Below, piece by piece: positions 23,399 to 35,416 of a DNA stretch of 64,000 bases. The translations under genes and the position numbers were made by a program. The stretch is from assembly GCA_950097015.1 (NCBI GenBank), contig CATNEN010000001.1:6882001-6946000 (forward strand), read 5' to 3'. This DNA is from Macrostomum hystrix. Its lineage: Eukaryota > Animalia > Platyhelminthes. A model generated the notes under the pieces. That model searched no databases. It worked only from the letters and a program-made list of their open reading frames with translations, and had not been told where the DNA came from. The first letter of the stretch is position 1, and each line of letters begins with the position of its first letter.

Positions 23399-26300
23399 TC
23401 ACGGCAAGTCCCCTTCGGGTGGCGGTCGCTCTCCTTGACAGCAGCGGCCGCAGTTGTCTATGGTATAACTGGCGCTGTCAGCATTAGCTGCGGGACCTTC
23501 GTGCCAGGGTCCCGCCTGCCGGTATCGTAGATCCTGTGTCAGCTCGTCATCGCTCTGCAAATAGTCATTGTGAATGTCCTCGCCGTCGTCTGTGTCGCTT
23601 TGATCGCGCACCGAGGCCGATGACATGTTATTCGTCGGCTTCGACTTATTTGCTGTCGACTTTGTCTGGCGCGGCAGCAGTTTCTTCGGATAAAGCCGAC
23701 TGGGAAACCCGGCCATAATGCGGCCTCGGCGAAGATTCGAGTTTAGGACGTCACTGAATGGCAGTCCGTCTAGATCGTCACCGTACGGGTCCATTAATAG
23801 GAAAGCAACCTGACGATTGTTTGAATATAGAAATCATGTACTTATTTCTATGCTACTCCATCACTTCTAACAGCTTCAGTTCCTCAGTAGATATGCTACT
23901 CCGTCAGTTCTAACAGCTTCAGTCCCTCAGTAGATATGCTACTCCGTCTTCTAACGTGATCAGTTAGATCAGGGGTCGGCAAACTCCGGCCCGCGGGCCA
24001 GATGCGGCCCTCGAAGCTCCCAAATCCGGCCCGTTGCCCCTTCTGACATCTACAGTGTCCTGTTTCATCTCTCTCGTGTCTAATATCTCCCGTGTCTCAT
24101 CGCTCTCGTATCTAATCTCTCCCGTGTCTAATCTCTTCCCTGCCTTGTCTCTCCCGTGTCTCATCGCCCTCGTATCTATAATCTCTCCCGTGTCTAGTCT
24201 CTCCCGTGTCTAATTTCTCCCGTGTCTAATCTCTCCCGTGTCTAATCTCTCGTGTCTCATCTCTCCCGTGTCTAATCTCTCCCGTGTCTAATCTCTTCCC
24301 TGTCTTATCTCTCCCGTGTCTCATCTCTCTCGTGTCCCATCTTTCCTGTGTCTCATCTCTCCCGTGTCTCATCTCTCCCTTATCTCATATTTTTAACAGT
24401 CAATGCGGCCCGCTGTCGTCTTTTAGGCTCTCTCTTTGGCCTCTCTTTGGCCCGCCAGCAAATAAGTTTGCCTACCCCTGAGTTAGATAAAAGAAATCGA
24501 ATAAAAGTCACCTTGAACCAACCGAGTACAAAGAGCAGCTTGACCAGTGCAAATATTGGCACATAGAAGTCTGTCCAATACTTCACTGAGAACATCTGCT
24601 CCGAGTTTTGCACGGTTAGATGATCGCCAACCATGCTTGAAACTGTTGCAGAGGCGGCGATAGTTTTCGTCAAGTTAGTGACGTGAGATTCCATGAGATT
24701 CTGAGAGGCGACCACTTCGATGAAGAACCAGGTGTACACGGCGATGATTACCACCTATCAAGTGGTAAAACGAAGTGTCAGATTGTTTCGTTTTCATTAA
24801 AAAAACTGAAGCTCAAATTAAAAAAGGTTAAGGTACGGGAGATTCGGCTGTAGCTGACTTGCTACAAATGTTGCTAGTTGAATTCAAGAGTCGGCAAAAG
24901 CTTGAGCTTGTTTATTTAGTTTTGTCGTGGGGTTACATTTAAGTGTTAACCGGGCGACTGTGCCTAACGATAACAAGGGTCATAGACAAATTAGCGGTAA
25001 GGGGGGGAATAAAAGTACCATTTGAATTAGCAAGGATTAGAAGAAGACAAGACAAGTTTCTTAGAAAATGTATGTATCCCCCACTTGCCCGCCAACATTG
25101 TCTATGTCGTAACGCGTTTCGTTTATTTGCCCTAGGGCAATAAATCATTTATTTCCCGCACCCCCGCGCGAAACAGAACTTTTACCACAGACATAAGTCA
25201 CACCCGTCTGGGGAAATAAACAAAGAAAGTGCAAAACGAGAACGCTCGGAACCAAACACACCCTCCGTCCAGCAGTCATCTTCGATGGGCTTTGACACCG
25301 GGTCAGACTTCTTGAGCCCGACGCCCTTGCCCTCAGCAGTTGATAGCTTCATAGCAGCGTCCAACGCTCTTCTGCACTCGGCAAACTCGACATTCGTCCA
25401 GAGGCACCAGTCCTTGCGATGCACGTTGCGCATTTGGTATTGTAGCATTGAGAAGAAGTCCTTCAGGGTACCAGCCGAGTACCGTTCGTTCCGTTTTGTC
25501 CGGACCTCCAGGATAAACAACTTCAGGAGAAAGTTCAGGTCCGTCTTGTCAAAATCATCCATGTCCTTGATAACCATGATGGATGGTCCACCATTCGTCG
25601 CCCATTCTTGCTTCTTAAACGCGTGCCATTCATTGAAAGTAGACAGCATCCACTCGCATTTCTTTACGGTGTTCGGAGGGACCGTGCCGCCAATCATGGC
25701 CTCCGCCTCGGCCTCAGTCAAGCTTTCAAATCGAGGGCTAGACATATACAAGCGTCTGCTATTCTGTCCTGTTCTGTCTTTTTCGCATAAAGGCTGTCTT
25801 TTTTAGCGTCTACCCTCCTCTCGGATTTTGATTTTCACCATAGACTACAGACAGAGCGTAGCAAGAAACAGAAGACTTAAAGTGCAATGAAAGTCGGCAG
25901 CCAAGTGGGGGATACATACCATCTCTCCCACTTATTTCGGCTGTCTAGGGTGCAAAGGCACTCGGCGCGAATTTCATTGACCTCGGCTTCGCCTCGGTCA
26001 ATAAATTTGCGCCTCGAGCCTTTACACCCTGGCAGCCGAAATAAGTGGGAAAGATTATACATTTATAAGGCAGATTTTGACAGGGAAAATGCACTATATA
26101 GTGAGATAAGAACTTTTCACGTTTTACACTTAAAAATGTTAAAAACAAATTTGGAAGCAGATACAATGCTGTTCTTTTAAAATATCTCGCAATACTTGTT
26201 GCTTCAACGAATTGTAGGAAGCTTAATTCATGAATAATTTGATCTTCCTTTTATTTTCGTTTATTTTACATGAAGCACAATAGCCAGTCAATAGCTATCT

Positions 26301-29300
26301 CGTGACTAAGTTTTACAGTCACTTTCTTATCAAGTGCTCGTATAAGTGTATTACGAGAATTATGTGGAAATTTTTCATTAACAAATCAGTAGGCAAGCTG
26401 TGAGGGAGGTATAGGCAAAATTTATGTCTGATTGGTTGCTATTGTGATTCATGATAAATAAGCCAAACTAACATTAACATCAATTATTCATGAATAGAGC
26501 TTTCTTAAATTCGTTGAAGCAACATGCACGATATATTATAAGAAAAGCATTTTATTTGCTTCCAATAAAAAGTTCTTAACAGTTAAAAGTGAAAAATGTG
26601 AAAAGTTCCTATCCCGCAAGTGCATTTTTCGTGAAAATCTGCTCTTCAATAAATTTTCTAAGAAACTAAGTGTCTCGTCCTTCTAGTGATCCTTGCCAAT
26701 TTGCTGACACAAAAGCATAAAAGACACACACAAAGATTTTCACGAAGATTTTCATGAAAATCTTCCTTCAATATATTTTTCAACAAACGAAGTGTCTCGT
26801 CTCTGGTCGATCCTGTCGACTTAAAACGCTGCAAGACAACTGACTCCAGTCCTTTTAATGGCATCGCCCAACTACTGCTGATTTCAATCAGTTTGGTTTG
26901 AGGATTGACCTCGGGTTAAATTCTAGAGCCGTAAGTTGACACGATATCCCCATATTATCCCATTTATACCCTACAGGTTCTGCTGTAACCCGTGTACGTT
27001 CCCTTTCTTAGAACCGACAAGAGAGTAGCAAAAATGCAGGACTTGGTCGCAATTGGTCGCAATGATACGTCTTAGTATTTCATCGGGCACATGCCACATG
27101 CTTATTTAACTCACCTGCGTATAAACCAGCGGCAGATTCTTATTGGCGTACTTGCTGATTGCAGCTAAAAGGGCCAGCCAATCGCAGAGGACTCGAACCA
27201 GCGACTCGTAGCCTTCGTAGCCGTGAACGAAGCCTTCGCGAGACGCCTGCCAGGCTACAGCGGCTGCCCAGTGAAGCGGCAGCTCGTACTCGATGGAATA
27301 CAGCCCGGCTGACTGTCTGGCGCGGTCTTCAAATACGGCGATCTCGCTGGGTGTGATGATTTCGCCGTAGTTCTCTTGAACTACCGGGTCTTGGTTTAGC
27401 AGCACCAGGTCTTGAACTAGAAGCTCAACCTTTAAAACAAGACCAAGCAATGGTGGCTTGATTATTTTATGAATCTACTTTTTGAGAGGTTAATATTTCA
27501 CTGCGTATCGTTCCCAATCCAGTAGGATCATTCATAGTTTTAAGCCCGGTAGCTTAGACCACTGTTTCACCCATCCATCCCCCATGCTAGTCACTTATCA
27601 AAAACGTAAGATACAGTACATTGTTTCTATTTATAGCGATCAAACACCACAGCCTAAAACCAACCTCACTCTATGCTATTCATTCGTCAAATAAGTTATG
27701 TACATTGTTTCTATTTTTAGCATCAAGTGCACGCAGTCTAGCTAACCTGGTGCTCTTTGACTTCGGGTCGCACAGAGGCCGACTGAATTCTATGCAGAGC
27801 CGGATAGGCTCGTCCGTTGCTACCGACGCCGCAGTGAAAAGCGTCCTCGGCGTTGCCGGAATTTTCCAGATGACCAGCGGAAGCTGCTAGGAGTTTACTG
27901 TGATGATGCTGCTGTGAGCTGCAGGGACTTGGTCGTCTTGTTGAGGCGACACTACCCCAATCTGCATTTAAAAACAAAATTTTACAACTGTTAATACTGT
28001 GTACTAAATAAATTAAGAAGCAGTACAATTGCTAATATATGTAAGAACGCCTCACGAGCTGTACGCTTGTCCGGAAATCGATTAGTCTCTCCTACAAGAC
28101 TTTTTAATATGCGAAATCTCTGCTTAATCTTCTCGCTAATCTTCCACATGTAGAGCAGCCAGGCCAGGTTGAGATAGCGCGACAGAGTCAGCCGGATCCG
28201 TTCCGCTTTGCCGGGATCTCGATGGTTAAATACGGCCGATTCGATTCGCAGGGCCGCTGTTGACATTGTCGGGATGTCCTGCGAGGAGGTGCAGTCGTCG
28301 GGGAGTGAGCAGGCCAGCTATCTATGGAGTGAGCAGGCCAGCTGTCTATGGAGTGAGCAGGCCAGCTGTCTATGGAGTGAGCAGGCCAGCTGTCTATGGA
28401 GTGAGCAGGCCAGCTATCTATGGAGTGAGCAGGCCAGCTGTCTATGGAGTGAGCAGGCCAGATGTCTATGGAGTGAGCAGGCCAGATGTCTATGGAGTGA
28501 GCAGGCCAGCTATCTATGGAGTGAGCAGGCCAGCTATCTATGGAGTGAGCAGGCCAGCTATCTATGGAGTGAGCAGGCCAGATGTCTATGGAGTGAGCAG
28601 GCCAGATGTCTATGGAGTGAGCAGGCCAGATGTCTATGGAGTGAGCAGGCCAGCTGTCTATGGAGTGAGCAGGCCAGATGTCTATGGAGTGAGCAGGCCA
28701 GATGTCTATGGAGTGAGCAGGCCAGCTATCTATGGAGTGAGCAGGCCAGCTATCTATGGAGTGAGCAGGCCAGATGTCTATGGAGTGAGCAGGCCAGCTG
28801 TCTATGGAGTGAGCGGGCCAGCTATCTATGGAGTGAGCAGGCCAGCTATCTATGGAGTGAGCAGCACAGGTGTCTATGGAGTGAGCAGGCCAGCTATCTA
28901 TGGAGTGAGCAGGCCAGCTGTCTATGGAGTGAGCAGGCCAGCTGTCTATGGAGTGAGCAGGCCAGCTATCTATGGAGTGAGCAGCACAGGTGTCTATGGA
29001 GTGAGCAGGCCAGCTATCTATGGAGTGAGCAGGCCAGCTATCTATGGAGTGAGCAGCACAGGTGTCTATGGAGTGAGCAGTCCAGATGTCTATGGAGTGA
29101 GCAGGCCAGCTATCTATGGAGTGAGCAGGCCAGATGTCTATGGAGTGAGCGGGCCAGCTATCGATGGAGTGAGCAGGCTGGCTGTCTATGGAGTGAGCAG
29201 GCCAGCTATCTATGGAGTGAGCAGGCCAGCTATCTATGGAGTGAGCAGGCCAGCTATCTATGGAGTGAGCAGGCCAGCTATCTATGGAGTGAGCAGGCCA

Positions 29301-31826
29301 GCTGTCTATGGAGTGAGCAGGCCAGATGTCTATGGAGTGAGCAGGCCAGCTATCTATGGAGTGAGCAGGCCAGCTGTCTATGGAGTGAGCAGGCCAGATG
29401 TCTATGGAGTGAGCAGGCCAGCTGTCTATGGAGTGAGCAGGCCAGATGTCTATGGAGTGAGCAGGCCAGATGTCTATGGAGTGAGCAGGCCAGCTATCTA
29501 TGGAGTGAGCAGGCCAGCTATCTATGGAGTGAGCAGGCCAGCTATCTATGGAGTGAGCAGGCCAGATGTCTATGGAGTGAGCAGGCCAGATGTCTATGGA
29601 GTGAGCAGGCCAGATGTCTATGGAGTGAGCAGGCCAGCTGTCTATGGAGTGAGCAGGCCAGATGTCTATGGAGTGAGCAGGCCAGATGTCTATGGAGTGA
29701 GCAGGCCAGATGTCTATGGAGTGAGCAGGCCAGCTATCTATGGAGTGAGCAGGCCAGATGTCTATGGAGTGAGCAGGCCAGCTGTCTATGGAGTGAGCGG
29801 GCCAGCTATCTATGGAGTGAGCAGGCCAGCTATCTATGGAGTGAGCAGCACAGGTGTCTATGGAGTGAGCAGGCCAGCTGTCTATGGAGTGAGCAGGCCA
29901 GATGTCTATGGAGTGAGCAGGCCAGATGTCTATGGAGTGAGCAGGCCAGCTATCTATGGAGTGAGCAGGCCAGCTATCTATGGAGTGAGCAGGCCAGATG
30001 TCTATGGAGTGAGCAGGCCAGATGTCTATGGAGTGAGCAGGCCAGATGTCTATGGAGTGAGCAGGCCAGCTGTCTATGGAGTGAGCAGGCCAGATGTCTA
30101 TGGAGTGAGCAGGCCAGATGTCTATGGAGTGAGCAGGCCAGCTATCTATGGAGTGAGCAGGCCAGCTATCTATGGAGTGAGCAGGCCAGATGTCTATGGA
30201 GTGAGCAGGCCAGCTGTCTATGGAGTGAGCGGGCCAGCTATCTATGGAGTGAGCAGGCCAGCTATCTATGGAGTGAGCAGCACAGGTGTCTATGGAGTGA
30301 GCAGGCCAGCTATCTATGGAGTGAGCAGGCCAGCTGTCTATGGAGTGAGCAGGCCAGCTGTCTATGGAGTGAGCAGGCCAGCTATCTATGGAGTGAGCAG
30401 CACAGGTGTCTATGGAGTGAGCAGGCCAGCTATCTATGGAGTGAGCAGCACAGGTGTCTATGGAGTGAGCAGGCCACATATGTCTATGGAGTGAGCAGGC
30501 CAGCTATCTATGGAGTGAGCAGCACAGGTGTCTATGGAGTGAGCAGGCCAGCTGTCTATGGAGTGAGCGGGCCAGCTATCGATGGAGTGAGCAGGCTGGC
30601 TGTCTATGGAGTGAGCAGGCCAGCTATCTATGGAGTGAGCAGGCCAGCTGTCTATGGAGTGAGCAGGCCAGATGTCTATGGAGTGAGCAGGCCAGCTATC
30701 TATGGAGTGAGCAGGCCAGCTATCTATGGAGTGAGCAGGCCAGCTATCTATGGAGTGAGCAGCACAGGTGTCTATGGAGTGAGCAGGCCAGCTATCTATG
30801 GAGTGAGCAGGCCAGCTATCTATGGAGTGAGCAGCACAGGTGTCTATGGAGTGAGCAGGCCAGCTATCTATGGAGTGAGCAGGCCAGCTATCTATGGAGT
30901 GAGCAGCACAGGTGTCTATGGAGTGAGCAGGCCAGCTGTCTATGGAGTGAGCAGGCCAGATGTCTATGGAGTGAGCAGGCCAGCTATCTATGGAGTGAGC
31001 AGGCCAGCTGTCTATGGAGTGAGCAGGCCAGCTATCTATGGAGTGAGCAGTCCAGATGTCTATGGAGTGAGCGGGCCAGCTATCGATGGAGTGAGCAGGC
31101 TGGCTGTCTATGGAGTGAGCAGGCCAGCTATCTATGGAGTGAGCAGGCCAGCTATCTATGGAGTGAGCAGCACAGGTGTCTATGGAGTGAGCAGGCCAGC
31201 TATGTATACATTTGGACATTTAGCGGAGTAAATTTTTCGAAGCATGAATCCATTAACAATCGTCTGTATACTCTCATTTAGAAGCACTTCTTAAAGCAAT
31301 TTACCAGATAAGCTTTCCACCAGCGATCAACCACTGTGCTGACGTAGAAGCCGAGCAGAAAAGTTACTGGCACATTCGACTGCCAAACACCAACAGAATG
31401 CACAATGCGTACAAATGTTGCTTGCTGGTTAGGATTCAGCAGATGCCTGTACATCACGTTGACAGTCGTGTACAGACCGATCCACAGCAGGACGTCAGTC
31501 CACACCAGGCTGTAGACGCTGACCTGCCAGTGCAAGAGATAGCGAATCATCAGACTGTAGTTCCTCGGCTGCTGCTTGCTATTGATGAACTGGAATAGTC
31601 GACTGCGGAGTCGACGAATCTCTCGACGCGATTCTGAACGACTTCGCTGACGACGCTCGCTTGAAGCACTCGGTGACGACGAACTCGACTGACCGCGGGT
31701 GCCGCATCTGAAGCAGGAAGCGAATGCGGAGTGACCGCCACGGCTGCCACTGCTGCTGCTGCTGCTGTTGTTGCCTTCCTTTGGCGGTCCAACAGGATCT
31801 GTTGAAAGATTTTGATAACTATTCAT
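23399..31826 (-). CDS. Bestrophin-family anion channel, divergent, 6 exons (~642 aa)
   Basis: Exons 31826-31305, 28278-28056, 27961-27747, 27429-27115, 24754-24512 and 23809-23399, all GT-AG and phase-consistent. Motifs PVTFLLGFYVSTVVDRWW, RYLNLAW, LPLHWA, LPLVYTQVV, DFYVPIF, GWFKVA...DPYGDD. Confidence 0.88.
23970..24480. mobile_element. hAT (Charlie-like) MITE in bestrophin intron 5, with an internal 16-bp repeat
   Basis: TIR CAGGGGTCGGCAAAC / GTTTGCCTACCCCTG; 8-bp TSD AGTTAGAT; GGCCCGCGGGCC subterminal motifs; (GTGTCTAATCTCTCCC)n at 24065-24385. Confidence 0.92.
25182..25745 (-). pseudogene. Crypton-type (DUF3504/ZMYM-KCTD1-related) tyrosine-recombinase N-terminal fragment
   Basis: SPRFESL...PPNTVKKCEWMLSTFNEW...LNFLLKLFILEVRTK...YSAGTL...RRALDAAMK...W..GVFG resembles the region preceding the catalytic domain of animal Cryptons. 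Catalytic part absent. Confidence 0.7.
25921..26055. repeat. 135-bp imperfect palindrome centred on CCTCGGCTTCGCCTCGG
   Basis: Arms TCCCACTTATTTCGGCTG... / ...CAGCCGAAATAAGTGGGA. Confidence 0.85.
26068..26644. mobile_element. Degenerate long-TIR MITE (possibly Kolobok-like)
   Basis: ~170-bp inverted arms (GCAGATTTT...GTTGCTTCAACGAATT...TTCATGAATAATT). Flanks TATA/TCAA are only TTAA-like. Confidence 0.65.
28302..31203. repeat. 24-bp minisatellite (CTATGGAGTGAGCAGGCCAGCTAT and variants) filling bestrophin intron 1
   Basis: About 120 units; one 26-bp unit near 30475. Source of the 744, 763 and 1007-aa ORFs. Confidence 0.97.
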
Positions 31827-32342
31827 TGCGTTCGACTGCTATATGATTACAATGTTTTCTTTAAGCTGGGAAATTAACCATTTCGTTATTTTGCATGTAT
31901 TTAAACAGTTTGTATATTAACTTGTTTTTGTTTTTAACCACGCGCAGCACGAGTTACTTGGGTTGGTCGGTATGTATTTCAGTTTCAAGGGGTAGAAAAT
32001 AGACTGCAGCTTAGGTGGGTTGAATTTGCATTAACGACGCATGGAAGTGAGAGTACAGTGAGTCTCCCCCACCCCGAGAAAATAAATGTACACGGTACTC
32101 CTCAGTTCACTAACTATATTGATAAGTATAATTGAAGTTAAAGCTGATAAATAAAACTAGCAATATGTACACGTTTATTTGCAAAGTAAATAGTTTTCAT
32201 TGCTTCCATCCACTCTTGACCTGTTTTTTTCACTATACCGACCTAATTTTAATTGGTTATATATTTTTCACTCATCAACTCGGTCACAGTCCTTTTTGTA
32301 GATAATGTCACAAAAACTTTTTTTCTTAAAAAATTTGGTGTA

Positions 32343-33124
32343 GCATGACCTGCTGCTCACACAGTGTGTGTCGCATGACCTGCTGCTCACACAGTGTGTG
32401 TCGCATGACCTGCTGCTCACACAGTGTGTGTCGCATGACCTGCTGCTCACACAGTGTGTGTCACATGACCTGCTGCTCACACAGTGAATGTCAGATGACC
32501 TGCTGCTCACACAGTGAATGTCACATGATCTGCTGCTCACACAGTGTGTGTCGCATGATCTGCTGCTCACACAGTGAATGTCACATGACCTGCTGCTCAC
32601 ACAGTGAATGTCACATGATCTGCTGCTCACACTGTGTGTCACATGATCTACTGCTCACACTGTGTGTGTCACATGACCTACTGCTCACACTGTGTGTCAC
32701 GTGATCTACTGCTCACACTGTGTGTGTGTCGCATGATCTGCTGCTCACACAGTGTGTGTCGCATGACCTGCTGCTCACACAGTGTGTGTGTCACATGATC
32801 TGCTGCTCACACAGTGAATGTCACATGACCTGCTGCTCACACAGTGAATGTCACATGATCTGCTGCTCACACAGTGAATGTCACATGATCTGCTGCTCAC
32901 ACAGTGAATGTCACATGATCTGCTGCTCACACTGTGTGTCACATGATCTACTGCTCACACTGTGTGTGTCACATGACCTACTGCTCACACAGTGTGTCAC
33001 ATGATCTACTGCTCACTGTGTGTGTCGCATGTTCTGCTGCTCACACAGTGTGTCACATGATCTGCTGCTCACACAGTGTGTGTCGCATGATCTGCTGCTC
33101 ACACAGTGAATGTCACATGACCTG
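32343..33124. repeat. ~30-bp minisatellite (CATGACCTGCTGCTCACACAGTGTGTGTCG)
   Basis: About 26 units of 28-32 bp. Confidence 0.95.
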
Positions 33125-33348
33125 CGGATTGTAGATTGTTAGATTTTTATATGTGTAGTACTTATCTGGTACATTTCGTCTTTGGCTAAAGCTGTCAGAT
33201 TTACCCGTGCGTGGGCACATATTGTATTAATTTATTTTTGAGTCTTTTAGTCCAACTATATTAAGTTGGAATATACTCGTTCATTTGCGAAATTCGATTA
33301 TATGCAACGCGTCTCTTAATTGCCTATTTTGTACTACGATCAGCAATT

Positions 33349-33600
33349 ATGAGCACAGCTTTACTCGCGATACACACTCGATGGGAAGTCATCTCCTGCC
33401 TGGCGATATTTTGCACCTTTCTAATCACTCTGCTGTTGTTCTCTCTATTAATTAATCAGCGCACATTCGGCTCCTTGATGGTGCGACGCCGGGTTGAAGA
33501 GCAACAGCTGATTGGTGCGCCTAATCGGAGCGGAGTGCGAGTGACAAGGGAGCTGCGAATCGTTCGAAATCCTAATTTGAATCCAGAGGATAAAGTCTGA
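33349..33600 (+). CDS. Possible small single-pass membrane protein (83 aa)
   Basis: ATG 5 nt after an acceptor-like ...GATCAG; hydrophobic segment VISCLAIFCTFLITLLLFSLLI followed by basic residues; AATAAA at ~33712. Confidence 0.4.
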   Translation: MSTALLAIHTRWEVISCLAIFCTFLITLLLFSLLINQRTFGSLMVRRRVEEQQLIGAPNRSGVRVTRELRIVRNPNLNPEDKV

Positions 33601-34087
33601 CCTATTGCTCATTGTTCTGTACAGTTTACCGAAAAATTTGAATGCTAACAAAAACTTTTTAATGTTTGATTTGTCTAATTGGTTCATATTGGTATTCAGC
33701 AGGTATTCGACAATAAAACATTGTTGTCTGGGAGCTATTTAGTGTCGCAGTATCGAATCTTTCGATGTTTGTACGTCGAAAACGAATACAGTTTTCTTTA
33801 AAAAACTGACTTGAATTTTACAGGAATTTCTTTTTCTTTTAGTAGAACGTAGAGCAATAAAGCTTTCACCTTTCCTCTGGGACTTCTTTTCTGGGATTCC
33901 CAGAGAAATGCTCATGAGCGTGCTCGTGTGTAATACTTGTTGATAACATTTTTGTGACATCGGTGCCCAATTAGTTTGATATTTAGAGAACAGAGAACAC
34001 TAATAATGTCCACATTCCTTAAACAGTATGTCTCTTCAAAACTTTAGAACTTCAGAACTAACGAGTAGTTTATTATTAAGCAGTGAA

Positions 34088-34428
34088 TAATATACCATTT
34101 TACGTTCTATTTGATAAAAACTGCAACCAATTTGGCCACGGCTCAGCCTGACGCAGCCGCAGCAATTTTCCATAGACAGCCGCCGCTAGCAGCAACCAAT
34201 TTGGTAAAAACTGCGAGCTATTTTGCCAGCTTGAAGATATCATTCTTATCATTCTTATCATCTTATCTTTCTTATCATCACTCTGATGGCGAATCGTGGG
34301 CCGTACCAAAAGATAAGTCAGCTGGATCGAGAGCGAATCGTGAGAGCGTACAGGAATGACGACGACTGGAGAGAGCTTGGCAGAATGATGGGGATGAAAA
34401 AACCGACAGAACGTAAAAAGGTACATTT
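34088..34428 (+). mobile_element. Small inverted-repeat element carrying an IS630/Tc1-like transposase N-terminus
   Basis: IR ATACCATTTTACGTTCT / AGAACGTAAAAAGGTAC. ATG at 34286 gives MANRGPYQKISQLDRERIVRAYRNDDDWRELGRMMGMKKPT (HTH-like). Confidence 0.6.
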
Positions 34429-34456
34429 TTATAATAAGTATTACTTTAATAAAAAG

Positions 34457-35416
34457 TAATATGCCTTTTAACAGTGTTGTTGGGCATAAGTGAAATTTAT
34501 CTAGTCCAAGTGCTCCTACCACTGAGCGAAGTGAGTTTGATTTAGTCGCTTCAATTAGCTTGCAGCCATAGACGGTGAATTCAATATAGTCGTTTTTAGC
34601 GCGCGCAACGAGATCGTAGCTTTTATTTAGCCAAAGTGAAATGAATACGGTCAACGAGATCGTAAACTTTCATAAAAGGCGCAAAAACACATAAGATGTG
34701 TAAGATGTAAGATGTAAAATGTAAGGTGTAAGATGTAAGATGTAAGGTGTAAGATGTAAGATGTAAGGTGTAAGATGTAAGATGTAAGGTGTAAGATGTA
34801 AGATGTAAGGTGTAAGATGTAAGATGTAAGGTGTAAGATGCATACGCTCCCTCTCCCAAGTGGAGTTGCAACGGCAAATTGGCGATAGGAATGTAGGTGC
34901 CGCGTTAGGCATTACGCTGCAGGAACACCGCGCACGCATTCTGGAGCGTGAACTGGAAGACTGTATGAGCGCAGTTACACAGCTGCACTGCGAAGCCTGG
35001 CACCGAGAAAGTCTGCGCTATGTACCGCGCTGCATAGCCATGGAGGACATCGTTGCCTAATTGAACACTGAACAGTTTTGTTTGCCTGACGGTCACTAGT
35101 TGTGTGCTGCCATTGCATCTTACACCTTACATCTTACATCTTACACCTTACATCTTACATCTTACATCTTACACATCTTACGTGTTTTTGCGCCTTTTAT
35201 GAAAGTTTACGATCTCGTTGACCGTATTCATTTCACTTTGACTAAATAAAAGTCACGATCTCGTTGCGCGCGCTAAAAACGACTATATTGAATTCACCGT
35301 CTATGGCTGCAAGCTAATTGAAGCGACTAAATCAAACTCACTTCGCTCAGTGGTAGGAGCACTTGGACTAGATAAATTTCACTTATGCCCAACAACACTG
35401 TTAAAAGGTATATTAA
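34457..35416. mobile_element. Foldback element with ~290-bp near-perfect TIRs containing (TGTAAGA)n; the centre encodes an IS630/Tc1-like transposase C-terminus
   Basis: 34457-34750 is the reverse complement of 35115-35416. Centre reads LEDCMSAVTQLHCEAWHRESLRYVPRCIAMEDI. Confidence 0.85.

Noticed and set aside
28188-31231. ORFs of 744-1007 aa suggesting a giant repeat protein
   Set aside because: They arise from a stop-poor 24-bp unit open on both strands, lie inside a phase-consistent bestrophin intron, and are broken by a 26-bp unit.
32268-33134. Cys/His-rich metallothionein-like ORFs
   Set aside because: Translations of a 28-32-bp minisatellite with frequent frame breaks.
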